From: Thermoproteota archaeon
GTDB lineage: Archaea; Korarchaeota; Korarchaeia; Korarchaeales; Korarchaeaceae
Reading direction: 5' to 3'
DNA: 51,951 nt
Assembly: GCA_015522685.1 (NCBI GenBank)
Contig: WALU01000005.1
Location: 1 to 51,951, forward strand
Shown here: one piece after another, positions 37,394-46,708 of the stretch
Numbering within the stretch: the stretch's first letter is position 1
Layout: each line of letters opens with the position of its first letter
The notes under the pieces: generated by a model
Databases searched by the model: none
What the model was told of the DNA's origin: nothing
The model's input: the letters and a program-made list of their open reading frames with translations, nothing else
Translations under genes and position numbers: made by a program

Positions 37394-38257
37394 GTGTTCA
37401 TAGTAGGCTTAGATATGGGAGGAACTACTACTAAAGGAGTTCTAATTTCTGAATCAGAAATAATTGGAAAGACTATAGTAGTTGCATCAGATCCTCTCGC
37501 CGCAGCATCAGGTGCTATAGGGAAACTTGTTTCTGAGCATGGGATAAGCATTGATGATATAGAAGCTATAGCTCTCACAGGTGGCAGGACTAAGCCTCTC
37601 CCTAGAAGGATACTAGGCCTTCAAGTCAGAGAAGTTGATGAGATAGAAGCTGTGGGGAGAGGAGGGGCTTTCCTTGCAGGAATAAAAAGATGCGTCGTAG
37701 CTAGTGTTGGTACTGGAACCGCAGTGGTGGAAATCAGGATGGATGGTGGAAGATGTGAGGTGAGACATCTTGGAGGCACTGGTGTCGGTGCAGGCACTCT
37801 ACTGGGGCTGGGTAGACTTCTCCTTAGTAGGACTTCAATTGCTTCTCTAATGGATATGGCCAAGAAGGGGGATCCTAGAAATGTAGATCTTACCGTTGGA
37901 GATATAGTTGGCGGGCCTATAGGAAAGCTCGAGCCTAGTGCTACAGCATCAAACTTTGGAAAGGTTGGAGATGATGTGAGACCCGAAGATATAGCTGCAG
38001 GGCTTGTGAATATGATAGGACAAGTTATAGGAACTGTAGCATTTTTTGCAGCTAAATCTGTTAGCCTTGAGAATGAGATAGTATTAGTTGGAGGATTGAT
38101 GGTACATGATCTCATAGTTAAAGCTGCTATGAAGCCATTGAATCTATTTGATGGCCATGCGATTGTTCCAGAAGACCCACAATTCGCTACATCAATAGGC
38201 GCATCCCTTAAGGTTCTGGCTAACTTTACATCACCATTAGGTGAGAGAAACGAATAG
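37394..38257 (+). CDS. coaW: Type II (Fumble/ASKHA) pantothenate kinase
   Basis: DMGGTTTK, LTGG, EIEA...G, VGTGT, GGTGVG.GT..GL, G....VDL.VGDI.G, ASNFGK. Confidence 0.82.
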   Translation: MFIVGLDMGGTTTKGVLISESEIIGKTIVVASDPLAAASGAIGKLVSEHGISIDDIEAIALTGGRTKPLPRRILGLQVREVDEIEAVGRGGAFLAGIKRCVVASVGTGTAVVEIRMDGGRCEVRHLGGTGVGAGTLLGLGRLLLSRTSIASLMDMAKKGDPRNVDLTVGDIVGGPIGKLEPSATASNFGKVGDDVRPEDIAAGLVNMIGQVIGTVAFFAAKSVSLENEIVLVGGLMVHDLIVKAAMKPLNLFDGHAIVPEDPQFATSIGASLKVLANFTSPLGERNE

Positions 38258-38993
38258 AGAATATCCAAGGTACCCCTTGGTTGGTGTTGGAGGAATTTTA
38301 ATACAGGATAATAAGATTCTTTTAGTGAAGAGGAAGAATGAACCTGGGAAGGGGCTATGGGCCATACCTGGGGGTCTTGTAGAACCCGGAGAGGCAATAA
38401 AGGATGCCGTGAAGAGAGAAATTAGAGAAGAAACTAACTTAGTTGTAGATGCACTGAGACCTATAAATGCGGATGAAGTTATAGTAAGGGATAAGGAGGA
38501 AAGGATAAAGTATCACTATGTCCTAGTGGATTTTCTGTGCAAAGTCATAGAAGGAAGCCTTAAGCCGGGAGATGATGCTAAAGAAGTTAGATGGATAGAT
38601 ATAAAGAGAGCTAAGGAGCTTAATTTGACTGATTCTACTAGAAAGCTCCTGGACAAGATAATGGAAGGGTTCTTTTTAGTGATAAGGAATAGAGATGTGA
38701 AGAAAGTCCTAATGGGAGTTCCTAGAGATCATGAGCATATGAGAGTTGTTTTTGAATTAATAGATGGCTCTATTATAGTTTTTCATGAAGCCACTATGGA
38801 AAATGTATCTCGAGGGGTAGTGGAGGTTGAGATGCACCCTACAAGAAAAGCGATCTCCTTAGTGGGAATAGAATTAGATGAAAGGGAGAAAGGATATAGC
38901 AGATATCAGCTGATAGAGGAGGATAAGGGGGAAAGCGAGATAGTGGAAGAGCTAACTAACCTGCTGAGGATGGAGAGTGAAGAGAAATCATAA
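38241..38993 (+). CDS. NUDIX hydrolase fused to uncharacterised C-terminal domain
   Basis: REYP..P.VGVG, Nudix box GG.VEPGE...AVKREIREETNL; extra ~105 aa C-terminal domain. Confidence 0.88.
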   Translation: MRETNREYPRYPLVGVGGILIQDNKILLVKRKNEPGKGLWAIPGGLVEPGEAIKDAVKREIREETNLVVDALRPINADEVIVRDKEERIKYHYVLVDFLCKVIEGSLKPGDDAKEVRWIDIKRAKELNLTDSTRKLLDKIMEGFFLVIRNRDVKKVLMGVPRDHEHMRVVFELIDGSIIVFHEATMENVSRGVVEVEMHPTRKAISLVGIELDEREKGYSRYQLIEEDKGESEIVEELTNLLRMESEEKS

Positions 38994-39090
38994 AATTTTT
39001 CATTGGAGAAATATTTTAGGGATGAAGAGGAGTTACTCCGGGGATGTATGACCGAAAGGTACCTCTCTGACCCTCTGGCAGGTGGAATAA

Positions 39091-39639
39091 ATGAGGAAAA
39101 GAGCTTTGGTAATAGGAAGGTTTCAACCTCTTCACTATGGACACCTTCATGCATTTAGATATTCCTTGGGAAGAGCCGATGAGCTTGTTATTGCCATAGG
39201 TAGCTCTCAATACTGCTGTGTTCCTAGGAATCCTCTCTCTATTGACGAGAGGATGGAAATGCTCGTTAGAGCCCTTAGAAGAGAAGGATTTCCTTTGGGC
39301 GATATAGTAATTTCCTCTGTTCCAGATACAGAGACTCCTGAGGAAGATTGGGGTAAATTAGTTATGGATAGAGTGCCTCGCGTGGATATAGCATTTAGCA
39401 ATGATCCCGAAACCATTAAAGACTTAAGAAATGTTGGCCTCAAGGTAGAGAATATACCTTTCCTCAAGAGAGATATCTACGAAGCTACTAGAATAAGAAA
39501 ACTCATATTAGAGAGGGATTCTGCATGGAGGGAGCTAGTCCCTCTATCCGTATTGGAATTCCTTCTTGAGATAGACATGGAAGAGAGGATAAAAAACATA
39601 GCAGAAAAGTACAGGGAGGAGCTAGCTGCCAGCAAGTAA
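39091..39639 (+). CDS. nadM: Nicotinamide-nucleotide adenylyltransferase (NadM family)
   Basis: GRFQPLH.GH, IGSSQ....NP....ER, T.IR......W..LVP. Confidence 0.85.
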   Translation: MRKRALVIGRFQPLHYGHLHAFRYSLGRADELVIAIGSSQYCCVPRNPLSIDERMEMLVRALRREGFPLGDIVISSVPDTETPEEDWGKLVMDRVPRVDIAFSNDPETIKDLRNVGLKVENIPFLKRDIYEATRIRKLILERDSAWRELVPLSVLEFLLEIDMEERIKNIAEKYREELAASK

Positions 39640-39651
39640 GGTAGAATGTCC

Positions 39652-41223
39652 CTATTCCTTTGCCACAACTCTTAGAGCATCTGATTTGACGGCTTCCATG
39701 ATCCTTCTTCCAATAGGACTGCTCCTTGCTAATGTGACCTTACCTCTTGAATCCGCTATGAATGCTGCTATTTTTCTCTCTCCAGAGTATAAAGTAACCT
39801 CCGTCTCAGCCATAGTAGGCCCTAAATCTAGGATTATGGTATGCTTCCTCTTTCTCAATCTGTACCTGATGGGAGATTCTTCTGATCCACCTTGAGTTCT
39901 TCCGTTACCCTTAACGGGCATAACGACGACTTCCTCTCCGAAGGTATATATCTCGTACTCAATGGAATCTGTTTCAAAGTCCTTTACCAATACAACTGGC
40001 CTGGCTAAGGTTACATCCTTCATACCTGCAGGCATCTTGACGGTTATTCTGAGGCTATAAACCCTCTCTACCTTGCCATCCTTGATGAATATTACGGTGT
40101 CTACTACGTGAGGGAGAACTCCTAGATCAACTCTTCCTATGAACCTTTGAATGGCTTCTATTGGAAAACCACAATGGACAACGCCCACCATGCCTATGCC
40201 AGCTAATCTCATGTCTACAAAAATTTTGAAGTCTTGGGTCTTTCTCATCTCATCAAATATTACGTAATCTGGTCTAACTAATAGCAATAGATCAGCTGTA
40301 TTCTCAAAAGAGCCAGCAAGCCTACCATACTGGGTAACCTCTGGACCCACTTGTAGATCCCTAGGAGATTCCAAAGTCTTCACTATTCTTTCTTTTTCCC
40401 TGTAAAATTCGGCTAGGGCGCTAGCGAATGTTGTTTTACCAGCTCCTGGAGGACCTGCTATTATGATGCCTTCAGCTCTATCTTTGAGCCTATTCTTTAG
40501 CCTATCACTAAGCTCATAATCATCTAGGGTTACCTTGACAAGAGGTCTCACTGCGGTTATTTCTATCCCATCCGAGAATGGTGGAAATGCTATCAGTATT
40601 CTTACGTCCTCCAGCTGTATTACATAAGCATCTCCGTATTTTACTTCTATGAATGCATTCGGGTCCGTTTTGGCTCTCTCAAGTATTTCATAAGCTATCG
40701 TTCTTACCTCATATTCTTCCATAGGCTTTTCTGAAAGCATCACTAATCTAAACTCCCCTGGTCTCCCTTTCTTCGCCATAGGAGGAGCTCCTTCCTTTAG
40801 ATGAACGCTCATTGTGCTCTCATTGAAGAAATTGAGAAGCCTGAACTCTCCATATTCAGGTCCTATGTATATAGCATCTATTCCCCTAGCCTTCAAAGAC
40901 AGAGTTACTACTCTATCTCCAGTGATTACTTTACCTCCCAACCTTTCTGAGATTTCTGCAAGACCATCTAACCCTCTATTTTTATGCTCTTCCAATAATA
41001 TCTTCTTCACATATCCCTCCTTTTCCAAATCTCTCAACCAGACAATCTCTGTTAGCGCTCCTATGCCAAATCTATCACCACTAGAAGCCATCTCTTCTAT
41101 CTGAGACATTACTTCGGTAGGTATTACAATAGTAGATCCCTTCATTAGGGAAAGGGCTGGTTCATAGCGTAGAAGGGCTCTTAAGATGACGTCTTTACTA
41201 ATTATCAGGGTCTCTTCGCTCAT
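39652..41223 (-). CDS. pina: PINA: PIN-domain/PilT-like ATPase (Holliday-junction branch migration ATPase family)
   Basis: TMSVHLKEG, PPFSDG.EITAVRP, GPPGAGKTTF, ESPRDL, LL.RPDY..FDEMR, D.RLAG.GMVGVVH. Confidence 0.88.
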   Translation of the reverse strand: MSEETLIISKDVILRALLRYEPALSLMKGSTIVIPTEVMSQIEEMASSGDRFGIGALTEIVWLRDLEKEGYVKKILLEEHKNRGLDGLAEISERLGGKVITGDRVVTLSLKARGIDAIYIGPEYGEFRLLNFFNESTMSVHLKEGAPPMAKKGRPGEFRLVMLSEKPMEEYEVRTIAYEILERAKTDPNAFIEVKYGDAYVIQLEDVRILIAFPPFSDGIEITAVRPLVKVTLDDYELSDRLKNRLKDRAEGIIIAGPPGAGKTTFASALAEFYREKERIVKTLESPRDLQVGPEVTQYGRLAGSFENTADLLLLVRPDYVIFDEMRKTQDFKIFVDMRLAGIGMVGVVHCGFPIEAIQRFIGRVDLGVLPHVVDTVIFIKDGKVERVYSLRITVKMPAGMKDVTLARPVVLVKDFETDSIEYEIYTFGEEVVVMPVKGNGRTQGGSEESPIRYRLRKRKHTIILDLGPTMAETEVTLYSGERKIAAFIADSRGKVTLARSSPIGRRIMEAVKSDALRVVAKE

Positions 41224-41275
41224 CCCTTTAGAGAGACGATGAAGAGTTATAAATTATTACTAAGTCATCGCTTAT

Positions 41276-42013
41276 GTGTTATACGTAAAGTTAGGAGGTT
41301 CTCTCATAACTTATAAAAAAGAAGGCATGTTTTCCATTAAGGAGAACATTTTAAGAAATATTTCAAGAGAATTAAGGTCTTTTCTGAGGGATAGAATATT
41401 CTTAACCCATGGGGCTGGATCTTTCGGACATGTCCCTGTAATTAAGCATAACCTCCAAAATGGCCTTAGAAAGGGATCCAAACTGGGAGCTTCCGAAGTT
41501 ATGGTTAGGGTTAGTGAGCTGAATTCCATCGTATCAAAGATAATGTTAGAAGAAAGCATTCCAGTAGTTCCTTTCTCTGCTAGATCGGTCTTCATGAGGA
41601 GGAGAGGAAAAATTTCGTGTAATCTTCCTTTCATAGAATATCTAATAGATCATGATTTTGTTCCTTTGACTCATGGAGATTTCATACCGGACGAAGAGCT
41701 TGGTACGTACATACTCTCAGCTGATGAGATACCTATATATCTAGCTCCCCTTGGGCTCAAGAAGGTTATATTCCTAACAGATGTCCCCGGGGTCCTAGAT
41801 GAAGAAGGTAATCTCATAAAAGAGCTGAGGAGGAACTTTCTACCCAAGCTTAGGGAAGACGACTTTGATGTCACCGGAGCTATGAGAGGGAAATTATCTC
41901 ATGCCTTTAAGCTGGCGTCTATGGGTATAGAAGTTATAATAGCAGGTTACTTAAATAATGGAGATTTAAGGAGAGCGTTTGAAGGAGGATGGGGGACAAG
42001 AGTCATAATATAA
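41276..42013 (+). CDS. ipk: Isopentenyl phosphate kinase
   Basis: KLGGS.IT.K, HGAGSFGH, HGD, S.D, DVTG.M.GKL. Confidence 0.9.
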   Translation: MLYVKLGGSLITYKKEGMFSIKENILRNISRELRSFLRDRIFLTHGAGSFGHVPVIKHNLQNGLRKGSKLGASEVMVRVSELNSIVSKIMLEESIPVVPFSARSVFMRRRGKISCNLPFIEYLIDHDFVPLTHGDFIPDEELGTYILSADEIPIYLAPLGLKKVIFLTDVPGVLDEEGNLIKELRRNFLPKLREDDFDVTGAMRGKLSHAFKLASMGIEVIIAGYLNNGDLRRAFEGGWGTRVII

Positions 42014-42034
42014 TTTAAACAAAAGGGTATCAAA

Positions 42035-42616
42035 TTATATTATCTCCTCCTCTTCTAAGATCTTCTTTGGAGCCACTAGAATGTAATACTTTTCGCCGCC
42101 CATTATTTCCTCTAGCACTCTTCTCACTAAGAGGCCTGCAGGATCTTTCAAACCAGTTCTCTTAGTTACATCAGAATAGCTAGAGAACAGTTTAGATCTC
42201 CTCTCTTCTAAGATCTTCATTAAAGTTTTCTTGCCGATACCAGATAGGAGCCCCAGCTGATGAAGTCTAGGGGTTATAGGAACACTTTCATTGAATAAAT
42301 TAACGAAGAACTGCTCTCCATCTTGTACTATCTTGAGGACCATTGGTTCAAGCATCATCTTAGCTGAAGGAAATAATTCCTCATAGTCTAGGTATCTAAG
42401 GAATTTGCTTACTTCCTGTCTAGGTCCCTTCCCTACATAGACTTTACTTGCTGGCACTACTGATACATTGGACTTGAGAACGAATTCCATCATTATAAAG
42501 TATCTATCTCCTATGAGCTGAACTCTTCTTCTAGCTTCATCAACGTATAGAACATAGGCCCAACTATCATGGGGCTTTCTCCTACTTGGTATATACTTCC
42601 ACATTTTCAGTAACAC
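42035..42616 (-). CDS. DUF655 putative RNA-binding protein
   Basis: FFN-like LFN...ITPRLHQL.LL.GIGKK HhH motif; downstream of rpoF. Confidence 0.88.
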   Translation of the reverse strand: MLLKMWKYIPSRRKPHDSWAYVLYVDEARRRVQLIGDRYFIMMEFVLKSNVSVVPASKVYVGKGPRQEVSKFLRYLDYEELFPSAKMMLEPMVLKIVQDGEQFFVNLFNESVPITPRLHQLGLLSGIGKKTLMKILEERRSKLFSSYSDVTKRTGLKDPAGLLVRRVLEEIMGGEKYYILVAPKKILEEEEII

Positions 42617-42628
42617 CGCTATTTATTA

Positions 42629-42988
42629 TTATTCTTCGAGCTTCCTCAATAAGTTAAGCATTTCCTTATACTCAGAAGAGCCTAAAAGAGGATAATCTTT
42701 ATAGAGATATACCTTAAGTTCTTCCTCTGTCCTCGGAGCGATATTCACCAATATTATAGCATGTTCTTCTTTCAAATTGAATCTCTTCATCAGCTCGTTT
42801 ACCACACCTCTTGCCTTATTAGGATCGCTCGCCTTAGTAAATTTAGAGAGATATGTGAGGAGTCTTTTCTGATCTAAGTTGAGCGCCTCTGGATGAGCAG
42901 TCCATTTGGTGAACATAAGGGCCTTTACCTCAGCGAGAGTGAGGGGTTTTCTCCCTTCATTTTCTTTCGGCAAGGCTCTCCTCCTCAA
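42629..42988 (-). CDS. rpoF: RNA polymerase subunit Rpo4 (F)
   Basis: LTL.EV, YL.KF.K, IL.N.AP.T..EL HRDC-like; between rpl21e and DUF655; start may be TTG at 42973. Confidence 0.85.
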   Translation of the reverse strand: MRRRALPKENEGRKPLTLAEVKALMFTKWTAHPEALNLDQKRLLTYLSKFTKASDPNKARGVVNELMKRFNLKEEHAIILVNIAPRTEEELKVYLYKDYPLLGSSEYKEMLNLLRKLEE

Positions 42989-43281
42989 TCCTTATGCTTC
43001 TTTAGGTGGACTGGAAGAACTATTAGATGCTTAATCTTATTTCCTAGTTTTATGTCAACTAAATAAGCATGCCCTCGCTTTCCTGTGATTACACCTATTT
43101 TCCCCTGGTATCTTCTATGGGGCATGCTTCTCCTCTCAGATGGTTCGGCGTCTATCACAACCTTATCTCTTACATTAAACTCTCTTAGATACTTAGCTGG
43201 AGACGGCCTACCTCTTTCTCTAGGGGCCTTTGAGAGGAAGCTTCTTGACTTATAAAGAAATCCAAATGATCTCCTTCCCAT
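42985..43281 (-). CDS. rpl21e: 50S ribosomal protein eL21
   Basis: K.PRERG, MPHRRYQGK.G...GKRG.AY, P.HL. Confidence 0.96.
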   Translation of the reverse strand: MGRRSFGFLYKSRSFLSKAPRERGRPSPAKYLREFNVRDKVVIDAEPSERRSMPHRRYQGKIGVITGKRGHAYLVDIKLGNKIKHLIVLPVHLKKHKD

Positions 43282-43297
43282 TTAATTCACCTCATTT

Positions 43298-44512
43298 TTA
43301 ATGACCGAATACCTCTAACACATCCAGCTCCCTACAAAAAGCTTTTTTCTCCAACACTTCTGTAACACTAGGCTTGGTCCTCCCATCATCCCCGGATATT
43401 AATTCCTTCACATAAAGACCTCCATCACATAGAACTGTTATCTCGAATGTGCTATTATTTATCTTTCTAGTTTTAACTTCATAAACCTTCCTTACTCTCA
43501 CTATATCAGCTCTCCTCCATAAAACTCTCTTAGGAGTTCTCTGCTTTATTATAGCATTGGTGAGAGTTTTCTCTATTCCATCAAGATCCTCCTCTGTAAT
43601 TCCATCTTCTACCTCAACAACAGCTCTGTAGAGCTTCTTTATATTAGGAGAACTTTCCTTTATCCTTACAACTTTATCTCTTTTAGTGAACTTCAGTTCT
43701 CTTACCTCTATAATTCCCCTCCACATAGAATTGATTTTCTTTTCAAGTAATTCTAGATCAGCGACTCTTTTTCTCGGAGAGATTACTTCCATGACAAAAG
43801 GTCTTCCCCTTCCAAGCATTCTAGCATCCACATCTTCCCTTCCAGCCCCATGTAATGTATAGTCCTCAGCTTCAAAGATATCTTTCATTATTTCGCCTAT
43901 CATTCCTTCAATGGATCCCTCTGCGATTTTTCCGGTCCTATTACATTTTTCACAGCCTTTTCCTCCACAATAAGGGCATTTTCTCCTAGATTGAGAAATT
44001 CCTCGTTTTAGCTTTCTATACCTCCCATATATGAAGATAGGAGAGACTTTAAGGAATACATTCTTCTTGGAGAAGTCGAAAGTTATAAGAACATCAGGTT
44101 CATTGCTTACTTCAGCACCTATTTCAGAAGAAAGCACTAGATCAAGCCATTTTATTAGGGTTAGCTTAACTGATTCCATATATGGGGGGTTATATCTGGC
44201 TCTTATTCTATCCTCTCTCTCGATTATTGTTGGAGGGAGTATTACAGCGGCCTTCAGGGATCTAAACTCTATCCCCCTTAGCTTATTCATAGCTTCATTT
44301 ACCATGGTATTGATGCTTTTCGGTATTAGGTTACCACATATCACGCATGGGTTTTCTCCTCCTCTGTTTAATGCTTTCAGTACTTCCCTCATGGCCGCGC
44401 CTTTGATGTAATTCGGAGCTACTAGCTTGGATCCTATGATACTACCTAAACAAAAAGGGCATAATGTGCCTTCCTCCTTTACTATCAGCAAAATTAGATC
44501 GAGGTCACCCAC
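43298..44512 (-). CDS. pus10: tRNA pseudouridine(54/55) synthase Pus10
   Basis: GRYRKL.RGI.Q, HGAGREDVDARMLG.GRPF, QRTP.RV, GGLYVKELISGD.GRT.PS. Confidence 0.96.
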   Translation of the reverse strand: MGDLDLILLIVKEEGTLCPFCLGSIIGSKLVAPNYIKGAAMREVLKALNRGGENPCVICGNLIPKSINTMVNEAMNKLRGIEFRSLKAAVILPPTIIEREDRIRARYNPPYMESVKLTLIKWLDLVLSSEIGAEVSNEPDVLITFDFSKKNVFLKVSPIFIYGRYRKLKRGISQSRRKCPYCGGKGCEKCNRTGKIAEGSIEGMIGEIMKDIFEAEDYTLHGAGREDVDARMLGRGRPFVMEVISPRKRVADLELLEKKINSMWRGIIEVRELKFTKRDKVVRIKESSPNIKKLYRAVVEVEDGITEEDLDGIEKTLTNAIIKQRTPKRVLWRRADIVRVRKVYEVKTRKINNSTFEITVLCDGGLYVKELISGDDGRTKPSVTEVLEKKAFCRELDVLEVFGH

Positions 44513-45824
44513 TTATGCCCATCCTCCTCATTAACCTTCTCATCTTAGCAGGAGAGGACATGGATTCCATCATCTTCTTTGCTTGTCCATAGGATTTAAG
44601 AAGTCGCCTTACATCTTTAGCAGTCACTCCGGACCCTCTAGCTATCCTTTCTATCCTACTGCCCTTTATTACTGAAGGATTTCTCCTTTCTTCCATAGTC
44701 ATAGAGTTTATGATTGCCATCCACCTCGTCATTTCCTTAGGATCTAGCTCGATGTTAGAGAACTTATTTCCTATACCTGGTATCATCTCCAATAGTTTAT
44801 CTAGTGGGCCAGCTTTCGTAAGCTGCTTTAAATAATCCCTATAATCTTCCAAATCGAACTTTCCCTTGGAAATCCTTTCTAACAGAGCTGTTTCCTTGAA
44901 AGCTTCTTCCATCCGCTTAGCCAGCTCAACTATGTTACCTCTACCTAGAAGGCGAGAAACAAAGCTATCTGGATCAAATTTCTCTAGGTCTTCCAATTTT
45001 TCCCCCGTGCCTATGAAGTATATCGGCGCACCTGCAGCAGCTACGGCTGACAATGCACCTCCTCCCTTAGCTGCTCCATCTAGTTTAGTGACTATGACGC
45101 CTCCTATCGGTATGTTCTGGGCAAAAGCCTTGGCCTGATTGAAGGCCTTTTGTCCTATCGTACCATCTATAACTAGCAGAACAAAATTCGGCTTTATTGC
45201 CCTGTAGTAATCCATTAGTTCCTTCATTAGACCTCCTTCATCCTTGTGCCTTCCTGCTGTGTCTACTAAAACGATATTATACTTTTCCTTCCTGAACTTT
45301 TCTATTCCAGATTCCATTATATCTACAGGATCTTTTGAATCTTTCCAAAATACTGGAACTTCACTTCCTACCATCTGTTCTATTTGAAGTCTTGATGCCG
45401 GTCTTATAACATCTGAAGATATAATGGCTACTTTTCCATACCTTTTCGAGAACCAGTGAGATAGTTTAGTTACAGTAGTGGTTTTCCCCGATCCCTCTAT
45501 ACCAATTATTAGTATTATATTTGTTTTCTTTCCATCTAGCTCTATTTTTGGAGGTTTCTTTCCAAGCAGGTTAGTTAATTCCTCATATAATATTTTAACA
45601 GCTAAGTCCCTCCTACTGAAACCAGAAGGGACTTCTCCTTTGAGAGCTCTTTCTTTAACCTTTTTAGAGAGTTCAAGGACAAGTTTAACGTTTACATCTC
45701 CTTCAAGGAGGGCTCTTTGGACATCTCTTAAAAAGTCCATAATAGCTGCTTCGTCTATTACTGGCCTACCTCTGAGCTTATTAACAGCATTTCTTAGGGA
45801 AGAACCGAACTTCTCTAGAACCAA
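44505..45824 (-). CDS. srp54: Signal recognition particle protein SRP54
   Basis: GSGKTTT, DTAGRH, TKLDG.AKGGGALS, SMT.EER..P...SR..RIARGSG. Confidence 0.96.
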   Translation of the reverse strand: MVLEKFGSSLRNAVNKLRGRPVIDEAAIMDFLRDVQRALLEGDVNVKLVLELSKKVKERALKGEVPSGFSRRDLAVKILYEELTNLLGKKPPKIELDGKKTNIILIIGIEGSGKTTTVTKLSHWFSKRYGKVAIISSDVIRPASRLQIEQMVGSEVPVFWKDSKDPVDIMESGIEKFRKEKYNIVLVDTAGRHKDEGGLMKELMDYYRAIKPNFVLLVIDGTIGQKAFNQAKAFAQNIPIGGVIVTKLDGAAKGGGALSAVAAAGAPIYFIGTGEKLEDLEKFDPDSFVSRLLGRGNIVELAKRMEEAFKETALLERISKGKFDLEDYRDYLKQLTKAGPLDKLLEMIPGIGNKFSNIELDPKEMTRWMAIINSMTMEERRNPSVIKGSRIERIARGSGVTAKDVRRLLKSYGQAKKMMESMSSPAKMRRLMRRMGISG

Positions 45825-45829
45825 CCCTC

Positions 45830-46237
45830 TTAACCGCCACCCCCTCTAGTTCTTACAATCTTCCTCTTATTCATAGACTCCCAATACTCTACCTCAACTC
45901 CTGGCTGTAGCTTAGAGGCTAGTTCTTGATCATCCGGCATAACCATCTCGAAGGTTTCATATGTGCTCATATCCATGAGTTGAACTGTATTACTATACAC
46001 GTTGATTACTTGGGCCGTTTTTTTATCCACTATGGGTATCTCTATTAGAGCATTAGCAGGGAATATCTTAGATCTCCTAGAGCCATCAAAGATCCCCCTA
46101 GCTTCTATTCTCACTTTAGCAGCACCATGCTTTCCAGGTTTAGATTTTGAAATGCTTAGGACCTCACATGGTTCTCCGTCTAATATAATATAGCTACCCT
46201 TCTTTAATTCTCCAGCAGAACCTCTGGTCATAGACAA
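45830..46237 (-). CDS. eif5a: Translation factor aIF5A
   Basis: SKPGKHG.AK hypusine motif. Confidence 0.96.
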   Translation of the reverse strand: MSMTRGSAGELKKGSYIILDGEPCEVLSISKSKPGKHGAAKVRIEARGIFDGSRRSKIFPANALIEIPIVDKKTAQVINVYSNTVQLMDMSTYETFEMVMPDDQELASKLQPGVEVEYWESMNKRKIVRTRGGGG

Positions 46238-46276
46238 ATTATATCCCTCCTCTTCTTTCCTTTAAAGATAAGAAAG

Positions 46277-46708
46277 TTACCTATAAGACTTCTGGAATCT
46301 TGCTCTGGCACTTCTGCCTCCATACTTCTTAGGCTCTGTCTGTCTGGGATCTCCCTTAAGTATAGTTCTATCATATTCCTTGAGGAGCTCCTTCAACTGA
46401 TCACTTCCACTATACTTCACTAATGCTCTACCTACTGCCATTCTGGTGGCGTCAGCTTGTGACATAAAGCCTCCTCCTCTAACTCTAACGTAAATATCTA
46501 TATCGGAGATGTAATTGCTTGCCAGCCAGAGAGGTTCCAATATTTTCATTCGCACGAACTCATTAGTAGCATAGACTTCCATTGGAAGCCCATTTATATA
46601 GAGCCTACCGAGTCCTTTCCTCACAACAGCCATTGCCCTTGCCATCTTTCTTCTAGAGGAGGCCAGTGCAAGTATCCCATTTCTCTTACTTTTACTTTTC
46701 CTCGACAT
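46277..46708 (-). CDS. rps9: 30S ribosomal protein uS9
   Basis: RK.A.A, GGG..SQA.A, DPR..EPKK.GG..AR.RFQKSYR. Confidence 0.97.
   Translation of the reverse strand: MSRKSKSKRNGILALASSRRKMARAMAVVRKGLGRLYINGLPMEVYATNEFVRMKILEPLWLASNYISDIDIYVRVRGGGFMSQADATRMAVGRALVKYSGSDQLKELLKEYDRTILKGDPRQTEPKKYGGRSARARFQKSYR

Noticed and set aside
37621-38397. 258-aa antisense ORF and the many other shadow ORFs (e.g. 3263, 13987, 14457, 35028, 45478)
   Set aside because: Opposite well-supported genes, with the Ser/Ile/Pro/Phe-rich composition of reverse frames
41237-41270. CGATGA...TCATCG inverted repeat in the pina/ipk divergent gap
   Set aside because: Only 6-bp arms with a long spacer; expected by chance
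46238-46276. Expected rpoN after rps9
   Set aside because: The 39-bp gap has no room for it; ordinary operon rearrangement
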